A DNA stretch of 64,000 nt from an uncultured Chloroflexia bacterium. GTDB taxonomy: Bacteria > Chloroflexota > Chloroflexia > Thermomicrobiales > UBA6265. Location of the stretch: assembly GCA_963777865.1 (NCBI GenBank), contig CAVZSG010000002.1, positions 125,863 to 189,862 on the forward strand, written 5' to 3'. The translations under genes were made by a program, and so were the position numbers. The notes beneath the pieces are model-generated. The model was not told the DNA's origin. It worked only from the letters and a program-made list of their open reading frames with translations, and made no database searches. Positions 45,634-58,038 of this stretch are shown in pieces (position 1 is the stretch's first letter; the number at the start of each line of letters is the position of its first letter).

Positions 45634-46563
45634 TTACTGGTTCACGGTCACCATCGCTGGACCGTCCGCGAACGGGATTGGGCGGAGTTCGGCCATCTCG
45701 TACAGAGTGGCGTTGATGACGGCGCCGAGGAAGAAGATCATCCCGGTCAGATTCAGGAAGACCAGCAGCACAATCACGCTGCCAACGAGACCATACGCGC
45801 TGGCCGGGTTCGAGATGCCCATGTACAGGCTGAACCCGGCGATCAGCGCGAGCCAGAGAATGGTCGCGATTGCCGAACCCGCCGTGACCCATTTGAACGG
45901 CTGCTGCACATTCGGTCCGGCCCAGTAGAGGGCAGAGAGCATCACTCCGACGGCAAGAATTCCGATTGGCAGACGGGCAATCGACCAGAACGTCGTAAAC
46001 GCCCCGCCGAAGCCGAGCCAATCAGCGACCCAGTCCCCAATTCGTTGCCCGAAGATCAGGCTGGCGAACGCCAGGTTGACGAAGAGAACGAGGGCCAGCG
46101 TCGCCCCGAGAACGCGTAGTCGCTTCTGGACCATCGGACGATCTTCGAGCACCCCATATGCTTGATTGAATCCAGTGAACAGAATTCCTACCGCGTTCGA
46201 AACTGACCAAAGCGCGATCAGGGCGGTAATGACCACACCGAAACTCGCCAACCCGCCGCTCACTTCACCTACGGCGTTGTCGACCAGATCGATGAGGAGC
46301 GGTTGGCTCTCGGCGGGGGCTCGATCAGTGATCAGGTCGCGGAGATTCTCGACGACGGGAACATCAGTAACGCTGTTCATCAGCGCCGCGACCATCACGA
46401 TCAGTACGGTCAACGGCGGAATCGCGAAGACCCAGTGATAGGCGAATGCGGCGGCAAGGGTCGGAACCTGAACCCGCGAGTATTGGGTGCGGACCGAATT
46501 GGCCATTCCAAGTGCGTTCGAGGCTGATTCATTGGTAACAGTCGGTACGGTGCGGTCAGTCAT
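45634..46563 (-). CDS. YihY/virulence factor BrkB family membrane protein
   Basis: LAAAFAYHWVFAIPP, FNQAY, LYWAGPN, YGLVGSVIVLL, FFLGA.IN. Confidence 0.9.
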   Translation of the reverse strand: MTDRTVPTVTNESASNALGMANSVRTQYSRVQVPTLAAAFAYHWVFAIPPLTVLIVMVAALMNSVTDVPVVENLRDLITDRAPAESQPLLIDLVDNAVGEVSGGLASFGVVITALIALWSVSNAVGILFTGFNQAYGVLEDRPMVQKRLRVLGATLALVLFVNLAFASLIFGQRIGDWVADWLGFGGAFTTFWSIARLPIGILAVGVMLSALYWAGPNVQQPFKWVTAGSAIATILWLALIAGFSLYMGISNPASAYGLVGSVIVLLVFLNLTGMIFFLGAVINATLYEMAELRPIPFADGPAMVTVNQ

Positions 46564-46630
46564 GCCCCCAATTCTCATCGGGAGCGCGGAATACGCGGGT
46601 AGCCGTCAATACAGGAATTCCGGACTCGAG

Positions 46631-47540
46631 TTAGTCGGTGGATGCGATTCGCGGTGGCGCCTCATTCGCGAGGACCGCGTTGATCACTGCACCCAGGAAA
46701 GAAGATCATTCCCGAGAGGTTGAGAAACACCAGCACCATGATCACGCTCCCGACCACTCCGTAGGCACTGCCGGGATCGAACATATCGAGATAGAAACTG
46801 AACCCCGAGATCAGGATCACCCATGCCAGGGTCGCGAAGGCCGAGCCGGGCGAAACCCAACGGAATGGCAGATTCAGGTTTGGGCCGGCCCAGTACAGGA
46901 CGGTTGTGATGAGCGCGATGCTGACCAGGGCAATCGGCAGCCGTGTCATGTCCCAGATTTCGTTGAATCGATCTCCGAATCCCAGATTGTTCGCAAGCCA
47001 CCGGCCAACCCGCTCACCAAAGATCACCAGTGCAAAGAGCAGATTGACGAACAGAACCAGCGCCAGCGACAGCACCATCGAACGCGTTTTGCGGTTCAAC
47101 CAGGATCTGGACTCGCGAACCGCGTACGCCCGGTTGAATCCGACGATGAGGATATTGACCGCGCCGGATACTGACCAAAGCGAGAGACCGACCGCAACGA
47201 CGATTGCAATCACGGCCGTTTCACCGTTGATTCGGATCACATAGCTGTCGATCATCCGGAGCAGGAATGCCTGGGCATCAGCAGGGGCATGATCGACGAT
47301 CAGCGTTCGGAGTCGGTCAATGATCTCGACGTCCGTGAGCGTATTGAAGAACGCGGCGATCATCACGATCAGCAGCAGCAGCGGCGGAATCGCGAAGACC
47401 CAGTAGTAGGCAAACGACGCGCATAGCACCTGAATCTGCTCTACCCGATAGCGCTCGCTGACACGCATCCCGAAATCCACGATCGGATTGCGCACCAGCC
47501 TGGATTGCTTGAGTTGTGTGACGTGCTTGTCGACGTTCAT
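46631..47540 (-). CDS. Second YihY/BrkB family membrane protein; frameshift near 46698
   Basis: FAYYWVFAIPP, FNRAY, LYWAGPN, YGVVGSVIM. Confidence 0.88.
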
Positions 47541-47735
47541 ACGGTGCCATTGTCGATTGCCGGGGGACCATTTGGGTAGCCTACGTGACGCACTCCCAGC
47601 AAATTCACAGGTCAGGTCATTAGCATATTCGCGAGGAAGGGACCCCACGTGGGCAGCGCTGCTGCAGCGAAGGGCTTGTGGTGGGAATGGAGCTGGTTCG
47701 GACTGGCGAACTGGCACGCATGCAAGGAGAAACGC

Positions 47736-48749
47736 ATGGAAAACCCTCGAATTGATCCCGATCCGTTGAGTCCCCTGAACCAGATGCAGCGATATCTGGT
47801 GCATGAGTTTGTCGATGACTTTCGCGATGGACTGCTATCCCGTCGTGATCTGATGGCGAAAATCGGCTTCATTGCGGGAGGTTCGGCAGCGGCAGTTGGC
47901 GATTCTGGCTCGATTTGGTGTTTCGCCGGATGAAGCAGGCGCTCAGGAGGTTGCCACCCCGGCTCCCTCGGAACCGCAAAGTCCGATATCCGTCCCAGTC
48001 GATGATCCGTCTGTTACCGGCACAGACTTCACCTTCACCAGCGGTGGAGTCGAGTACATGGCCTACGAAGCTCGATCCAGCCAGCGATGCGACTCCCGAA
48101 GCAGCATCGCCATCGCCAGATAGCCGCCGGGACTGGTGCGTTGATCCTCGTTTGCCATGAGAATCGCGGCTTGACCGACCACATCAAGGACGTCACCCGC
48201 CGACTGGCCAAGGCCGGGTATGTCGGCTGCGCGGTCGACCTGGTCAGTCCGGAAGGTGGAACAGCGGCCGTTGCGGACCCGTCCGAGGTGCCGGCGATCC
48301 TGACCGGTGGCGACATCAACCGGCATGTGGTTGCGTTCCAGGATGCGATTGAGTACTACGCCACGGCGGATGATCCAGCCGCGGAGCGAGTCGGCATGAT
48401 CGGCTTCTGCTTCGGCGGTGGTATCACGCTGCGAACAGCCACCCAGGAACCCCGACTGCTTGCGGCGGTTCCCTTCTATGGGCCGCCACCACCGCTCGAA
48501 GACGTGCCGAACATCACGGCGGCGGTCCTCGGCATCTACTCGGATGATCCCTCCGACTTTGCCAACGAGGGTCTGGACGAATTGACTGCTGCCCTTGAGG
48601 CTGCTGGAGTCACGCACCAGATCAATGTCTATCCGGGGACGGAGCACGCATTCAACAACGATACCGGTCCTCGATACAACGAGGAGCAGGCTTTGGCCGC
48701 CTGGGCCGACACGTTGAACTGGCTGGCCGAGCATACGGCTGCCGTTTGA
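47736..48749 (+). CDS. Dienelactone hydrolase family protein (YghX-like), Tat leader; frameshifted
   Basis: LSRRDLM leader, HENRGL, GFCFGG, VPFYG, HAF. Confidence 0.88.
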
Positions 48750-48929
48750 TCCGCTACCAAACATGGGCGCGACTGCTGGCCGGGGAGAAACCCCGCCAGC
48801 GGTCCGCCCGTTTGGGTCACATGCACGTTCATCTAACCCGGAGCACCTTCACAGCAATCCCCAAGGTCGACCCCTATCGTCGAAACGGATTGAACGCGAC
48901 GATTGGTCGACCAAGTGCACGGAGGCTGT

Positions 48930-50045
48930 TTGAGTTCCCATTACCCGACCCCAAACCGGTCGTCGTCGTCGACCCTCCTGGTGGTAGGTCTGATTGCGGT
49001 AGTGCTTGTTGGTGCGCACTGGATTCCGGCCCCGTCGATCCAGAGTGCCTCGACGTCCTCTCCCGGAAGCAGCGTCCAGGCAGTGGATGCAGCAGGCAGA
49101 AGTCAGTCGGCCCAGGCCGACGCGACTCCAAATCCGGTCGCGCAACTTGCCGACGAACAGGCAAACGCAATCGAGCAACTGATCGCTGAGGAACCCGGAC
49201 TTTTCGGGATCGTGCTGATTGATTCGGCCGGCGACACGTCGTACCAGCAGAATGCTGATTTGCCATTTGTCTCGGCCAGCCTCTACAAGCTGGTGTTGCT
49301 GGCCGACATCTTTGCCGGAATCGAAGCGGACGTCGTTGAACCGTCGGCTCAGATCGTGCTCTTGCCGGAGTACTTCCCGGCTGAGGGCGACTTCGAGGAT
49401 AGCTACTTCCCGGCCACCTGGATCAATGAGCCGGTGATGGTGGAACAGTTGCTCTTTGCTGCCGGGGCGTATTCCAGCAATGTTGCTGCCCAGGCGTTGC
49501 TGTCGCTGACATCGGCAGCCGACCTGACGGCGATGGCACGAGCGCTCGGAATGGCCGACACCCACTTCTTCATCGATCTGGATACGTCCCTCGAATGGCC
49601 ACCCGATCAGCCCAGTGAAATCCCGGACGCAAACTGGACAAGTGCTTTGGCGTTTGTACAGGCAGAGGCCGATGGCGAACCGGTCAATGTCACCACTCCG
49701 CGAGATACGGCGACCTACTTCCAGAAATTGTTGGCAGGTGAAGTGTCAGCGCAATCAACCAGCACCGCGATCATCGACATCCTCAAGGAACAGGTGGTTG
49801 TCGACCGGATTCCGATGCTCCTGCCTGCAGGAACGGAAGTTGCCCACAAGACTGGCAACCTCGATCACGTCGTGCACGATGCGGGAATCATCTGGACTCC
49901 GGATGGGCCCGTGATTCTGGTCGCGATGATCGAAGATTCGCTGGATGATGTCGTTGCCACGGAACTCATCCAGCGAATTGCCTTGATTGCGTATGGTCAG
50001 ACTCAACCGTATCAGGCAACGCCCGAAACGATCACGATCGACTAG
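48930..50045 (+). CDS. Serine hydrolase, class A beta-lactamase/PBP-like fold
   Basis: SASLYK (SxxK), YSSN (SxN), HKTG, HDAGI; N-terminal hydrophobic segment. Confidence 0.85.
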   Translation: MSSHYPTPNRSSSSTLLVVGLIAVVLVGAHWIPAPSIQSASTSSPGSSVQAVDAAGRSQSAQADATPNPVAQLADEQANAIEQLIAEEPGLFGIVLIDSAGDTSYQQNADLPFVSASLYKLVLLADIFAGIEADVVEPSAQIVLLPEYFPAEGDFEDSYFPATWINEPVMVEQLLFAAGAYSSNVAAQALLSLTSAADLTAMARALGMADTHFFIDLDTSLEWPPDQPSEIPDANWTSALAFVQAEADGEPVNVTTPRDTATYFQKLLAGEVSAQSTSTAIIDILKEQVVVDRIPMLLPAGTEVAHKTGNLDHVVHDAGIIWTPDGPVILVAMIEDSLDDVVATELIQRIALIAYGQTQPYQATPETITID

Positions 50046-50806
50046 CTGACCAGTTTGCTTAAGCCCGCGAAACTGGTGGCCGCATCAGCGAGCGGATTGG
50101 CCGGGTTGTCCTGCTCGACGATGTACCAGGACGTCGTCGCGGCGGCTGTATCGAGCATCGGCCGGTAATTCAGATGACCGGTGCCAATCGGGGTATCGTG
50201 TCGATCAGCCCCGGTGCCAAGCATGTCCTTGAAGTGCAGAAGGGGATAGCGGGATGGCTGCTCAGCGATCAATGCGGCCGGATCAGCCCCACCGTAGATC
50301 ACCCAGTAGACATCCAGCTCAAGCTCGACGACGGCTGGATCAGTTTCGCTGTTGATCAGGTCCCACATGGTCGTGGTTCCGTTGCCGCCACTCAAGGGAG
50401 CGAACTCAAAGTCGTGATTGTGATAACCGAAGCGCAGTCCGGACTTGCGGACCTCGGTACCGATTTCCTGGAGCGATTGCACAAAACGGGTGGCATTTGC
50501 CAGGCCGGTGCGAGTTTCCGGATCGATCCAGGGAACGATCGCGTATTCACAGCCGAGCGTCTTCATTTCGGCGATCACGACATCGAGTTCATCGATAAAG
50601 CGTGCGTAGGGGACATGTGCCGACGGGGATTTGATCCCGATCGAGTCCATGTGCGCGCGGACATCGGCGGCACTGTGACCGTGCAGACCAGCGAACTCGA
50701 CGGCTGGGTAGCCAATTTCAGCCAGACCGGAAAGGGTTCCGAGCAAGTCACTCTTGGCAACTTCACGGACGGTGTACATCTGAATACTGATCTGATCGCT
50801 TCTCAC
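50042..50806 (-). CDS. Sugar phosphate isomerase/epimerase-family TIM barrel (AP-endonuclease-2 fold; candidate 3-ketoglycoside lyase/hydratase)
   Basis: QMYTVRE, VEFAG, GYHNHDFEF, ELDVYW, LHFKD, IVEQD. Confidence 0.88.
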   Translation of the reverse strand: MRSDQISIQMYTVREVAKSDLLGTLSGLAEIGYPAVEFAGLHGHSAADVRAHMDSIGIKSPSAHVPYARFIDELDVVIAEMKTLGCEYAIVPWIDPETRTGLANATRFVQSLQEIGTEVRKSGLRFGYHNHDFEFAPLSGGNGTTTMWDLINSETDPAVVELELDVYWVIYGGADPAALIAEQPSRYPLLHFKDMLGTGADRHDTPIGTGHLNYRPMLDTAAATTSWYIVEQDNPANPLADAATSFAGLSKLVS

Positions 50807-50895
50807 GAAAATCTCCCTGGTGATAACGCAAATTCAAGGAACAGTTGAACACATCGGGGTGGTCCGGGTACACCCGTTCGGCCGGCCATGTCAGC

Positions 50896-51994
50896 TTAGA
50901 ACGACGTCGAAAGTTCGATGGTCGAGCGAGTTTCGGCCGCTTCGATTAGCCTTGAGCATGATCTCAAGGACATGAGTGGCGTGCCGGGCAGTCAGAATCG
51001 GTTCTTCGGTGCCGTTCAGAACCCCAATCAAATGCGGGACGCCGGCTCCGATCAGGTTGGTGTGCGGACTGGGAACGGGCGGGGCGGCCGTTTGCCAGTC
51101 CTCCAGCCCGATCGCGGATTCGTCCCGGATCAAGACATCGGCACTTCCGTTGGTGTTGTACCAGTCCGCACTCGTCAAACTGATCGACCCGAGCGAGCCG
51201 TGCAGTTCGAAGGCGGGCTGCTTTGTGCGCGGTACGGCGAATGTGGAGAGCACCTGGGCGAAGACGTTGTTGCCGAAATCGAGGTGAATCATCATCAGGT
51301 CGTTGGAGCCGACCTCGATCTCCTCACCCAGATAGCGATCGACCAGAATCGTCCGCTTCGGGATAGCAATCCCGCCCATCGCCTGAATCTGCTTGGCTGG
51401 GCCGAGCATGCCAGTGATCGCGTGCAGGACGTAGACGCCGGTATCGATCATCGGTCCGACGCCAGCGCTGTAATGCACCCGCGGATCGCCGGTGTACGCG
51501 CGCCAGGCGTGCGGACCCATGTTGGCCATCTGCGCCACCGCAAGGTGCGGCTTGCCGATCCGGCCGGCGTCGACAATCTTCTTGAGCCACTGCATCTTGT
51601 TGGTGACCATGACCGCCGGAGCGCAGAGCAGCTGCAGTCCCTTTGATTCGGCAAGATCGATCAGCGATTGGGCATCTTCGACGCTCGACGCGAGTGGCTT
51701 TTCCGAAAAGACGTGCAACCCCCGATTCAAAAGCGCGGAGGTGATCACCAAATGAAGCGGAGCAGGGGTCAGGTTGACGGCCGCCGTCAGGTTGTCCGCA
51801 TGAAGCAACTCTTCGATGCTGGTGACAGCCTTCGCTCCCGGGAAGAGCGCCGCAGCTTTCTCAGCGCGCTCGGCGACCGGGTCGAAACAAATTGCGACGC
51901 TCGCGGTACCGTCGGCGATGACCGGAGCCAGTCCCGGAAAATACGTCCGGAATGCAACATCGCCACATCCCACAATTCCCAATGAAACAGTCAC
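50896..51994 (-). CDS. Gfo/Idh/MocA family oxidoreductase; frameshift near the 3' end
   Basis: GIVGCG, HVFSEKPLA, GPMIDTGVY. Confidence 0.92.
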
Positions 51995-52031
51995 GAATAA
52001 TGCCCTCTCCAGCCAATCAAAGATCAGTTAG

Positions 52032-53058
52032 CTACGCCGGTTGTTCTCCAGCCCCATACAAATGACAACGAACCCAATGTGCAGATGCCACGTTTACCGC
52101 TCCCGGCATCACTTCCTTGCAAACCGGCATGACCTGGGGACAACGCGATGCAAACGGGCAACCAGGCGGTGGATTGACCAGTGACGGTACTTCGCCCCGC
52201 GCCTCAACCCGAACTCGCGTGGATCGCGGATCCGGCACCGCCGACAGCAGCAACTTTGTGTACGGATGGGCGGGAGCCGAGACAAGCTCCTCGCTCGGGG
52301 CGCCTTCGACCATGCGGCCGGCGTACATCACGTGGGTGCGATCGCCGATGTACCGGGCGCTGGCCAGGTCGTGGGTGATGTAGAGGTAGGCCAGGCCGTG
52401 CTCGTGCTTGAGGCGCTCCATCAGGTTGAGAATGCCCATCCGGATCGAGACATCGAGCATCGAAATCGGTTCGTCGGCCAGCAGCAGAACCGGATCAACC
52501 GCAAGTGCCCGTGCGATTGCGATCCGCTGCCGCTGACCGCCGGACAACTGGTGGGGGAACTTCGATGCAAAGGTTGCTGGAGGTTCCATTCCCACGGTTT
52601 GCAGCAACTGATGAACCCGGTCGCGCGTTTCCCCGCGGCCCTTGGTCTTGTGATGAATCTTGAGCGGACGTGAAAGGTGATGTTCGACGGAGTGCACGCC
52701 GTTCAGCGATCCGAATGGATCCTGAAAGACCATCTGCACTTTGGAGCGATATCCTAACGACGGTCGCTTCGATTCCGACTTGATTACATCAACGCCATGG
52801 AGCTTGATTTCACCCGCCGTTGGGGGCATCAATCGGGCTATGAGGCGGGCAGCGGTGCTCTTCCCGCTCCCGGATTCCCCTACAACGGCCACGACCTCAG
52901 ACCGATGAATCGTGAACGAGACATCTTCCAGGGCGTGCAACTTTGATATTGTCGAACAGTCCGCCGACCGCGAAGTGCTTCGTCAGGTTGTTCACCTCGA
53001 GAAGCGGCGCGGCCTGTTCAGTCAGATCTGGCGTGGTCGAATCGATTACCTGTGCCAT
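52032..53058 (-). CDS. Opp/Dpp-type ABC ATP-binding protein (OppF-like); frameshift near 52941
   Basis: [39 protein letters not shown]. Confidence 0.92.
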
Positions 53059-53067
53059 ATCGCTTTC

Positions 53068-54071
53068 CTATGAATACAGATGACAGGCCACCCAGTGACC
53101 CGGTGAAACTTCCTGCAGAACGGGTTCGACTTTGGCGTGCATTGGCGCGAACTTCGGACAGCGCGGATGGAACCGGCACCCGGTCGGCGGACAGGACATG
53201 TCGGGCGGACTCCCGGGAATACCGGTCAGGTGCTTCTTTGGGCCGGTCAGCGTCGGGAATGATGTCATCAGTCCCTGGGTGTATGGATGCAGCGGATTCG
53301 AGAAGAGTTCCGCTGCCGGAGCCAGCTCAACAATCTGTCCGGCGTACATGATCGCGATCCGGTCGGAGAACTCGACCAGCAGCGAGAGATCGTGCGTGAT
53401 GAAGAGGATCGAGAAGCCGAGTTTGGCTTTCAGATCCTCGATCTGCTGCATGATCTCCTTCTGAACCACCACGTCCAGCGCAGTCGTGGGTTCGTCCATG
53501 ATCATCATCGGTGGATCGAGCGCGAGGGCCATGGCGATCATTGCCCGCTGCCGCATTCCTCCCGAGAATTCGTGCGGGTAGGAGTCGAGTCGCTCGGCAT
53601 CGATACCGACGATCTCGAGCAGTTCGCCCGCCCGTTTGCGAAGCGCGCCTTTCGGACATCGAGTCGGTGTGCGCCTGGATCGCGTCCATGATCTGATCAC
53701 CGACGGTCATCACCGGATTGAGCGCGTTCATGGCACTCTGAAAGACCATCGAGATTTCGGACCAGCGGAAGTGCTCCAGTTGCTTGTCCGACATCGAGAG
53801 AATGTCCTGCCCGCGGAAGGAGACCTCGCCGCCGGTGATCAGTGCAGGTGGCTGAAGCAACCGCATCAAGGCGTGGGCGATGGTGGATTTACCGCTTCCG
53901 GATTCGCCCGCCAGGCCAAGCACCTCGCCCGGAGCGAGCTCAAAACTGACGCCATCGACCGCCTTCGACCGGTCCAGCGGGTGATGAGTACTCGACTTTC
54001 AGATCGCGAATGCTGAGCAACGGAGTCGATTGAGCGGAGCTCAGTGTGGTCGACGGCGAACTAGTTTGCAT
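53068..54071 (-). CDS. Opp/Dpp-type ABC ATP-binding protein (OppD-like); frameshifted
   Basis: [44 protein letters not shown]. Confidence 0.92.
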
Positions 54072-55087
54072 GTCGAACCACCGGAGTTGCACGTCCTGCG
54101 CGACCAGTCGATCGACCGGCCTTCTTGAGCGCCTCCTTGGCAATTCGCAGGGCACGCAGTCGAGGATTGGTGACTTCGTCAACCGCGAAGTTGACCAGCG
54201 CGAAGGAGAAGGCGACCAGAGCAATGCTGACGCCGGAGGGAACGACGGTCCACCAGGCGCCGGTCAGCAGTGCGCCATTGTTTGCCGCCCAGTAGAGGTT
54301 GGTGCCCCAGCTGATCGAGCTCGGATTCCCCAGGCCCGAGGAACTCGAGCGCGCTCATCGCACCGATGGCGAAGATCGTCGCCCCGAACATGTTGGCCGC
54401 CACGAGTGAGACCATGTTCGGGAAGATCTCGCCGATGATGATCCGGAATCGCCCCTCACCGCTGACTTCGGCGGCGGAAACGAAGTCCTTTTCCCGGATT
54501 GACAGGGTTTGCGATCGGAGGACACGTGCCCCCCACGACCAGCCCGTTACGGTCAGCACCCCGATGAAGTACCAGGATCCGCCACTTCCCAGAAATCCGA
54601 CCAGTACCACCAGAAGCGGCAAGCTGGGAATGATCAGGAACACGTTCATGAAGAGCGAAAGAACATCGTCGATGCGGCCACCGAAATAGCCAGCCGACAT
54701 TCCGATCAGTGCCGCAATGATGGTGGTGAACAGCCCAACCGCAACGCCTACGGACAGGCTGGTTCGTGTGCCCCAGATCGTCTGGTCGAAGACATCCTGT
54801 CCAGCGCCGGTTGTGCCAAACCAGTGCTCACTTGATGGAGCGAGGTGTCTGCGAGCAACCAGGTCATTCGGATCACCAGGGGAGATGACCGGAGCGAATA
54901 TGGCGACGGCCGTGAAAATCAGCAGAATCACTACACCGGCGACCGCCTTGCGATTTGAGAGCAGCGGGGAAAGCGCGTCCAGAAACCGACGCATTGGTCC
55001 AATTGGAGTAGCGGTCTCTGGAACTGCGAAGACACCCACCTGAGGTTCCGGCGATTTGAGCAGTGTGTCGGCACCTTGCTCGATCAT
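54061..55087 (-). CDS. Opp/Dpp-type ABC permease (OppC-like); frameshift near 54335
   Basis: HWFGTT..GQDV, GYFGGRIDD, EKDFVSAA, DEVTNPRLR. Confidence 0.9.
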
Positions 55088-55127
55088 GACTGATTCTCCT
55101 GCGCGCGAAGCTCAATCAGTCGTCTCA

Positions 55128-56106
55128 TTACCGCCCCCTCACACGTGGATCGAGGCGAACATAGACGAGGTCGACAATCAGGTTAGCGATGAGAACTGCA
55201 AAGGTGATCATCAGGAAGAGGCCCTGCATGAGCGGGTAATCCAGACCACGCACAGAGTTCAGCAGCTGGTAACCGAGACCCGGATACGAGAAGACAACCT
55301 CGGTCAGGAGTGATCCACTCAATGACAAATCCGAGCGCCATTCCGAATGCGGTGATGTTCGGGAGGAGGGCGTTGCGGGCCGCGTAGGCAAACATCACGC
55401 GGCGTTCGGACAACCCTTTTGCTTCCGCCATGATGACATAATCTTCGGCCACCGTGGAGATCATCGCGTTGCGCATCCCAAGCACCCAGCCACCGATCGA
55501 CACGAGCAGGACGGTGAATGCCGGAAGAATCAGGTGGTAGATGCACGCTGATGTGAACTCCCAACTCCACTCAGGCGATAACCCGGCCTGGTAGGCATGG
55601 CGAATCGGGAAAATATTCCACTTGAAGCTGAACAGAAAAAGGGCGATCGAGGCGAGCCAGAAGTAGGGGAAGCTTCCAATAAAGAGCAAGAGCGGTGGCA
55701 GAACCGAGTCGAGGGCTCCACCGCGTTTCCAGGCACCAAAGATTCCCAGAATGCAACCGATTACAAAGCTCAAAATTACCGATGTAAGGCCAAGTAGTAG
55801 CGTCCAGCGCAAGCCGGTTCCAATGACTTCCGTAACTGACGCCGGGAAGTAGAGAATGGATGTGCCGAGCTCGCCGGTAAAAACCGAGATCAAATAATTC
55901 CAGTACTGAACAAGGAGCGGATCGTCAGAGAGGCCGTATGCCTTTTTCATGGCTTCGATCGCCTCAGGCTCCATCCGCCCTTGTGCGCGTGCGAACATGA
56001 TCGAAGCTGGATCGCCTGGCATTAACCGGGGGAGCAGGAAGTTCAAGGTCAGTGATGCCCATGCGGCAATCAGATAGAACCCTAACCTGCGGGCTATATA
56101 TCGCAC
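55128..56106 (-). CDS. Opp/Dpp-type ABC permease (OppB-like); frameshift near 55322
   Basis: NFLLPRLMPGDP, EDYVIMAEAKGL, TEVVFSYPGLG, DYPLMQG, LDPRVR. Confidence 0.92.
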
Positions 56107-56219
56107 GAGAACAATCCTCCTCAACATCGAGTGGCTGAACGCGACTATGCGTCAACCAGAACCTACTGCGCATGATCACGAAAGTCCAGAACCTGGATTG
56201 ACGCGATCTCTACCGGGGT

Positions 56220-56257
56220 ACCCAGCGCGGGGGCGTCCAGCCCGCCCCCGCGTGGGT
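56220..56257 (-). terminator. GC-rich hairpin after the substrate-binding gene (stabiliser or partial terminator)
   Basis: accca-g-cgcgggggcg ... cgcccccgcg-tgggt. Confidence 0.6.
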
Positions 56258-56266
56258 GTGTAGCAG

Positions 56267-58038
56267 CTAGCTGGCAGCGACCGGTGTGATGGTCGTCATG
56301 ACAAGCAGGCGCTCGGTGAACGCGTAGGAGGAGAGGATCGAGTATGGATTCTCTTCGTTCGGGAATCCTTCGAACCGGGTGGAGTTGTACTGACCCCACT
56401 GCGGGCCCGGGAAGATCGGGATCGACGGGAAGTCCGCAACGTAGAGCGCCTGCAGCTGATTCATGAGGTCCTTCTGCTCGGCCTCATCAGTCGAAGCGGC
56501 GAAGGCAGCGAGGGCCACATCGGCTTCCTCGTTTACATACCGGTGCCAGTTCTCGTTGCTGGTTTCACCAACTTCGTTGAATGTCAGGCTGGACATCTGA
56601 CCACGGTAGAAGTTGAACGGAGTCGGTCCGCCGTTGCTCCAACCGATCGAGACATCGAACTCGCCCTGGGTGACTTTCTCGAACCACGGAGCAAAGTCGA
56701 GTGCTTCCACTTCCAGCTTGACACCGATGTCCTCGAAGTTCTGCGCAATGATCTGAACAGTCTGAACCCAGTCGGACCAGCCCGAGACCACGTTGATCTT
56801 GTAGGACATTTCAGTGCCGTCGGCGAGCTTGCGGACATCGCCATCAAGCGCCAACCCGGCCTCGTCAAGCAATCGGTTGGCTTCTTCAACATTCAGCGAA
56901 ACCTGGGCCTCGCCGGCCGCGACTGCTTCCGCATTGGTCCAGAGGGTATAGGCATCGCCGAGTCCGGTGGCCACGCCCGGGCGGGTGTAGTCGTACATGG
57001 CGAGCTGAACGATGTTGGCGCGGTCGATCGCCATGCTGACGGCCTTGCGCACGTTCGGATCATCGAACGGAGCCTTGGTCGTGTTCACGTAGAGCATGAC
57101 CATATCGCCCGTTGCTGGCTGGAAGTAGTGGCGGGTCTCCGGATCTTCGGCAACGAATGTCGCGTCGATGTCCGGGATGAAGTTGGCGAACCAGTCGGTC
57201 TCACCACCGAGGTTGGCGAGGTTGGCAGCATCGTTGCTCGGGAAGGCCGGGAAGCGGAATCCCTTGATGGCTGGCTTGCCTTCCTGCCAGTAGTTCGGAT
57301 TGGCATGCAATTCCCAGTACTGATCCTCGAAGGTTCCGATTTCGGTGAACGGACCGGATCCGACCGGAGTCTCGTTGGTGAAGGTGACCGGATCCTCGAC
57401 CGCCGAGCAGATGTGCTCCGGAACGATCATCGTCTCGCCGAGGTCCTACAAGCCAGGGGTGAACGGGGCGTTGAATGTGAAGACCAGGGTTGTCGCATCC
57501 GGAGCCTCGATCGTGGTGATGTAGGTGTCGAGGATGAATCGGGCACCGCCAGCACCGGGAAGTGCGGAGTTTTCCTTCATCAAGTTGAAGGTGAATGCTG
57601 CATCGGCCGCGGTCAACGGGGTTCCATCGGACCAATTGACGCCTTCCGGATGGTGAAGGTCAAGGTCAGACCGTCGGCACTGAATTCCCAGGCTGTGGCA
57701 AGCCATGGCATGGTCTCGCCTGTCAGCACGTTGAAGATGATCAGCGGCTCGTAGATACCGCAGTGGGTTGGCCAGCGAACCGAACCTTCCGCCAGAAGCG
57801 GGTTGAAGTTCTTGAGCCAGACCTGCTGCTGCTCCTGTGACATCGTGACCAGCTCATCCTGGGGGATGTCCTGAGCGAGTGCAGACTGTGATGCCAACGA
57901 GAATCCAGAGACTCCCGCGACACCAGCCACGCCGGCGGCACCGAATGCCAGGCTTCGCAGCATCAATTGACGGCGGTCCATTTCCGCCTTCTTCATTCGA
58001 GTAACGGGATCGAGAATCAATTCTCGGCCGCTCTCCAT
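56267..58038 (-). CDS. Family 5 ABC substrate-binding protein, oligosaccharide-binding (TmCBP-like), Tat leader; two frameshifts
   Basis: DRRQLMLR leader; KNFNPL, IYEPL, PWLAT.W, WSDG, PVGSGPF, VVSGWSDW. Confidence 0.85.

Noticed and set aside
48930..50045. Functional class A beta-lactamase
   Set aside because: It has SxxK/SxN/KTG, but I cannot identify the omega-loop Glu166 motif; more likely a PBP-like serine hydrolase
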